The translations under genes were made by a program, and so were the position numbers. Shown here piece after piece: positions 58,939 to 64,000 of a DNA stretch of 64,000 nucleotides. Positions within the stretch are counted from its first letter, which is position 1, and every line of letters begins with the position of its first letter. A model generated the notes under the pieces. That model saw only the letters and a list, made by a program, of their open reading frames with translations. It was not told where the DNA came from and ran no database searches. Source of the DNA: Balanoglossus misakiensis (lineage: Eukaryota; Animalia; Hemichordata); assembly GCA_040954595.2 (NCBI GenBank), contig CM082587.2:9057403-9121402 (forward strand), read 5' to 3'.

Positions 58939-61900
58939 ATGGTAAGCTAACAAAAATATGTAATTTGGGCAATTTTAGCCGTTGGCCACTCGGCGTTTAT
59001 TTCCTTTATGCACGGTTCTTGGATCTCTTAACTACAGTAGTATTGTACTGCCTGGTGTGTGGCCAGCCTATACCGTGGACTTTACCATTCTTTGGTGGCA
59101 ATTATTAGCACTGGGGTTAGCGTTAGGGTATGCCTTTATGTTAAATAACTTTTAAATTAATATTTAAAAAAAATGAAACTTACCTTTGTACACAAAACTC
59201 AATCATATAGTCATTTAAAATGCAGTCATAGCCATAATGCGAACCGTAACCCCAATGCTTACCTTCGCCAACAGAGAATGGTACAGTCCACTGTCCGCTT
59301 GCATGGCAGTACAATTCAAGAGAGACCGTTTCATTTTTACTAGACACTGTGAATTAATGTAACATGTACGTCTCGACCCACCCCACCAATTAGCAGTTTG
59401 AAAAAGTCAATCATAACGCCAAAACCAGTGTTTCATTCAGAATATTGGGGGGGGGGGGGGGTTCACTGTGGCAAGGGGGACTGTATACATGCTCTCCAAC
59501 ATGTGAATGGCATCACTGGTCCCCCCCCCCCCCCCCCCCCAATGAGAAATTGCTAGGGGTGCATGTCAACAGTGGGTGAATCCCCTCATCCCCGTCCAGA
59601 TAAAACGCTGCATAACATCCAAGTTCGCTTGACTCCCAGAGTGAATCACAATTGACATTTATACTTGGTAGTGCAGCCAAATGTAAACAATGATGGCATG
59701 AGTTTGGCTTTTATGGAAAACCTTAGCCAAAGCCAAGCGAAGCCATGTGACACCCCTACCAAACGGTGCTACCTCTGCTAACAGAATAGATAAATTTATT
59801 ATCATCCGCAACCCAGAACTTTCCACACTCAATAAAAGAAACGAACTTCTGTCCTCATGCCGACAAAGACACAAAGTGTTGCTATGCAACAATTAAATCT
59901 AGACACTCTCCACACAACCCACTTTTCTCCCTATACTTTCATTTCAGCAGCCACACAATGTTATGCAAAACTGCCCATCCCAACCAACATTCCACCACCT
60001 GTGCACATGCATATGATACATGTATAACCACATCTTCTCCCCTGTATTTTCACCAGTTTAGTCTCCTCATGACAATCACCAGTAGTGATGATGAATTATT
60101 TGATTGTATTGAATTATAGATTCGCATAGCAGCATTGAATGATGGTTGTAGTGATGAAACCGATTCAGAATCAGATATTCAAGAGAGTACAAAAGAAGCA
60201 CAGGTAAGTTTATACTGACTCTCTTATGTTGCTGTGACTTGTCTACAGATGGCCCTAGGCTGCACAGTATTCTCAGAGCAATATGTCCCATAAATATAAG
60301 ATATTGCCCCCACCAAACTTTGACACTTTCATCATAGGTTTTGTAAATCATCATAAGAACACACCTACATGTAAGAACCTGCAAATCAAATTTCAAAGCA
60401 ATTGGTGTAGAGGTTTCTGATGTAGTTAATTGGATGGGCTTCTTAAGAATTATAATGGAATCAAATCATTCATAGGTAATTCAGAATTTTTATATTTTGT
60501 AGGATATCTGTCATGTTTAATCCGTAAATGGGACCACAGTGTCCTTGACGCTATTTTTAATGAGGTTATCACAATGATAAGAAAGAAAGGTGTGAAATTA
60601 ATTAGATCACAAAGTATTCTATTCTTGCTGCATGCATCAATTATTCAACCCTACAATGCAGCTTAGGAATAGCTTTCCAATTTGCTAACAACTTGCTGAC
60701 ACGGTGTTTATAATGAGCCAACACAGTGTTAGCCTGTGTGTTCCAAGTGTTACAAAGGTGTGAATCTGTTGGCCCTGGCACTTGGCATTGTTCAGTGTTA
60801 GCATGTGCTACAAAGGTGTTAAACCTTGGCGCACCCTATTGTTTTGGCACACAGTGTTAGCCTGTGTGTTCCAAGTGTTACAAAGGTGTGAATCTGTTGG
60901 CCCTGGCACTTGGCATTGTTCAGTGTTAGCACCTTGGCGCACCCTATTGTTTTGGAACACCCCAGTTAAACACAAGCCCAATAGGTGCTAATTAGAGCGC
61001 CAATAGGGTGCCAACCCAGAGTTGACCCAGTGTTTAAACAGAGCTGACCCAGTGTTGGTGCAGTTGGAAAGCTATTCCTAAGCTGCACTGTATATGGTAA
61101 TATGTATCATACGGCTGTAGTATTTAAGTTTCAAAAGAAAAAAAAGGTCTTTTTTTCTGATTTTTTACAGGAAGCAGAAGCCTTTACTTTGTACAACAAT
61201 GCTCTAAGTCTTCAACGAACTGGCAAACACAGCGAGGCACAAACTGTGTATGAGAGGCTTCTGCTAACTACATTACTTAAACAGGTTTGTCAATGAACAA
61301 GTGTTTCTTGCTGATTGGCTATAGTTAGGGACCATTTAGTTTTTTAGGCTAAAGGGGGGGGGGTGAGGGCGGCAAAATCTAGGGGGGGGGGGTCATCATA
61401 TTATTTTGCCTCTCAAAGGGGGGGGGGGGTCATCATTTTTTGGTCCTTGGTGAAGGGGGGTCTGCCCAATTATCAAAACCGATGACACAAACTTGCCCCC
61501 CCCCCCCCAGCCGTAAAAACTGAACGGTCCCTTACTTTGATCTTATCCTGTTTCACCAACAGGCAGCAGCTTTACTTTCAAGTAAGATTGTGAATGAATT
61601 GTAGATTTAAAAAAACACTTCTGTATAGAATAACATATAGCCAACATGAACATAAACGTTTATGTATTTGATCAACTGAAACTTTTTATATTGTAGTACA
61701 TCAAAGGAATAAATATATACATATCATTTATAAATCAACTCAAGCACCTTTTAGAGTGACTCGCAAATCTCAATTCTAAAGACTTGTTCTCAACCTTTCT
61801 CATAATACTAGGAGTCTTCAAACACTACAGCCTGTGGAGAGGCCCTCGTACGTCCAGGAGCAATACTCAAATATTCAACATTGAAAAATCTCGCTTCATT

Positions 61901-63658
61901 AGCATCAGAAAAAAATAATCTCGACACTGCAATGAAGTATTACTTAAAGGTAAAAACTGAGTTGCTATATTGATTTCAAATTTGCTTTTTGCATTCAATT
62001 ATTATGTGTATGAAGAGTCCATCACAAGATGCAGATGTGTTCAAAGCTTTTTCACGAATTGCACACAATGAAATCTTTTAGGGAAATAATAGTATGTTCT
62101 TTTATATATGGTAATATGTACATGGAGGGTCCCAGCACACAATAGCAACATTAAAGCAATCTTGATAACATATCCACATCAATGCCCAAGTGTTGAGTGC
62201 AATGTTGCCAACAGATAGAAAGTCTCTCTCTCGCTGCCCTTTTTCCATTAATTATGTTTGATACAAGACAACGTCTATGTTTTTCTATATGGGAATATTT
62301 AAATAATAACACATGATAGCGAGGGCAATATCACGATTTGAAGCCTGCACGAGTGATGGTGATCTCTGACTATAATATTGATGATGCCCGAGCCGCAGGC
62401 GAGGGTATCATCAATATTGTGGTCAGAGATCACCTGCCCGAGGGCAGGCTTCAAATCGTGATGTTGCCCGAGCATAATGTGTTATTAATTTTATTACGCC
62501 GAACATTTGAACGTACATACACTGCAGCATGTAGCATGTAGACTCGCGTCCATATGTCGTACGTTGCTGAGGATGTAAAATGTCTCGACCTCCCAAGAAT
62601 TATACGATACCTACTTAGAACTTAGATTATTTTGAAAATACTGCGCTGTTGGTTGCGATTTTGGTGTATTTACTGCCCGTTTGCAGTAAAATATCATCCA
62701 GTTGAACAGATGTTAAGCCTGTGTGTCGCTTTGAAGCCATATAGATGCGGGAGTTGACTGATCGTGAAGGAAGCCATTGAACGACAGTTTGGAACGCGCA
62801 GAAGTCGCGCGCAGAACACCAAAACAACCCAGCGGGCAATATCAGCGCACGCGACAGGGCTTTATCAACTCTTGCCATGTTATATCACTTTTTTTTCTAT
62901 ATCACGTGAGCGCGTCTCAGCCAATCACGAAAACGGTATAATACGTGAGGTGTAATAAACATGTATAGTGAATCAACGTTCGACTACACACAACTTCCAT
63001 CCCACTAGTAGACACGAGAGTGAAAAACTTGACAAACTAAATAATTGGTGTCTACCGTTTATTCATTTTGGCGAGATTTTTACTCACATATCCTACAAAT
63101 GGGATGGAAGTTGCGTGTGGTCGAACGTTGATTCACTATATATCCACATATAGAATAACATGGACGTTGTTATTCACAAACATAATTAATGGAAAAGGGG
63201 CAGCATGAGAAAGACTTTGTCCCTTTAAAGGTAAATGTTTACTAGTATATGCATTTATGATTTGATGAATCAGTGCCTGCTCCCATATTCAACAAAATAA
63301 TGGTTTTCCCTTTTTCAATGCTAATTTTGAGTGAGGAAGATGTAAAAATAATACCAGATTTTATGTTCTCATACAGCATGTCTCTTCAAGGCTGTGTGTC
63401 ATGCAGCATACTCTTCTAAGAAAATCAATTTTTTTTTACAAATTGTAGTTCTTGTTTTAAATTTTGTACTTTCACAGGCTGTGGAATTGGATCGAAGTGA
63501 TGTAACTGTTTGGTATCATATGGGAAAAATTGCATTAGAATTATGTCAATTATCACTGGCCAGATTAGCATTTGAAGAAGCTCTTACCTGTAACCCTAAT
63601 CACTGGCCATCCATGGATATTTTATGTACAGTACTATATGCATTAAATGACTACTATG
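58939..63658 (+). CDS. CABIN1: Calcineurin-binding protein cabin-1 (HIRA complex subunit), N-terminal TPR region; gene continues beyond the window
   Basis: Exons 58939-58941 (ATG|gtaag), 60120-60203 (IRIAALND...TKEAQ), 61171-61284 ([15 protein letters not shown]...), 61812-61949 (...[17 protein letters not shown]...AMKYYLK), 63478-63658 ([13 protein letters not shown]...[18 protein letters not shown]...VLYALNDY). These match the CABIN1 N-terminus as I recall it (MIRIAALN...TKEAQEAEAF...LKYSTYKNLA...NPDHWP). Confidence 0.93.
59042..59314. mobile_element. Old foldback/MITE-like inverted repeat in CABIN1 intron 1
   Basis: TTGTACTGCC...GTGGACTTTACCATTCT...GGGGTTA versus TAACCCC...AGAATGGTACAGTCCAC...GGCAGTACAA. 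Confidence 0.5.
60120..60203 (+). CDS. CABIN1: CABIN1 coding exon 2
   Basis: tag|[28 protein letters not shown]|gtaag. Confidence 0.92.
60654..61090. mobile_element. TA-flanked MITE with 27-bp TIRs and internal tandem sub-repeats (Tc1/mariner-like)
   Basis: TA|CAATGCAGCTTAGGAATAGCTTTCCAA ... TTGGAAAGCTATTCCTAAGCTGCACTG|TA. Confidence 0.75.
61171..61284 (+). CDS. CABIN1: CABIN1 coding exon 3
   Basis: cag|[38 protein letters not shown]|gt. Confidence 0.92.
61328..61531. mobile_element. Short PIF/Harbinger MITE (family of 31129-31988), inverted orientation
   Basis: TTA TSD; GGGACCATTTAGTTTTT...GCCGTAAAAACTGAACGGTCCC. Confidence 0.8.
61812..61949 (+). CDS. CABIN1: CABIN1 coding exon 4 (5' boundary 61812 or 61831)
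   Basis: ...[39 protein letters not shown]|gt. Confidence 0.88.
62298..62958 (+). mobile_element. Crypton-like element, third family: ~190-bp terminal hairpin plus CCAATCA tail
   Basis: Hairpin 62302-62490 centred on CCCGAGCCGCAGGCGAGGG. The tail CAGCCAATCACG...ATAATA parallels the 316-bp family. Confidence 0.6.
63478..63658 (+). CDS. CABIN1: CABIN1 coding exon 5
   Basis: cag|[60 protein letters not shown]|gtaag. Confidence 0.93.
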
Positions 63659-63905
63659 GTAAGTATTTCATGAAGTTGGTAGCTCATGTTATCATCATGT
63701 TCAGCTGGACATGCAGTGTTACCCGAAAGAATTTCTGATGCAGTATGAACTAATTTACGTAACACTGCAAATATAAAAGGGTGATGATCGTCTTATGCGC
63801 ATGTGCCAAACCAGAATCTCTGGTTACAAAAATTGTATATAGTCAATGCCATATGGCACTGTGCTGTCCTAACAACAGGCAAGATGGCGGCGACCATAGT
63901 CTTAA

Positions 63906-63997
63906 CCCTTTCACCTCCATGGTTCAGTCCAAAACCTTTGTTTTCAATGGTAAGGTTGGACATCTTAAAAGGAAACTGGGGGCGAAACTTGAAAGGG
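63906..63997. mobile_element. ~92-bp piggyBac-like mini-MITE
   Basis: TTAA-CCCTTTCA...TGAAAGGG-TTA (the window ends before the last A of the TSD). Confidence 0.6.
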
Positions 63998-64000
63998 TTA

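Overview
Eukaryotic, AT-rich, intron-rich genomic DNA, most consistent with a marine invertebrate such as a non-vertebrate deuterostome (inference from gene and repeat content). The right half holds two head-to-head genes. On the minus strand is a complete 19-coding-exon gene (54119->34113) for a secreted protein of about 986 aa: a signal peptide plus nine group-A (6-Cys, two-exon) SRCR domains, DMBT1/neurotrypsin-like, with an apparent 1-nt frameshift in SRCR3. On the plus strand are the first coding exons of CABIN1 (ATG 58939), running off the window. The left half (1-33 kb) has no intact host gene that I can find. It contains an apparently identical 4057-bp tandem duplication, a decayed intronless TatD nuclease gene split by a Kolobok-type foldback element and abutting a hAT/ZNF862-like fragment, a Tigger/pogo deletion derivative whose C-terminal PCNA-binding (PIP-box) segment is amplified five times in an open frame, and a ~90-copy 82-bp satellite. 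Many MITEs occur throughout (Harbinger-, Kolobok-, AcademH-, Tc1-, piggyBac- and Crypton-like), plus a deleted Gypsy-like LTR element whose primer-binding site was hit by a MITE. All calls were made by eye and manual translation; no database searches were run.
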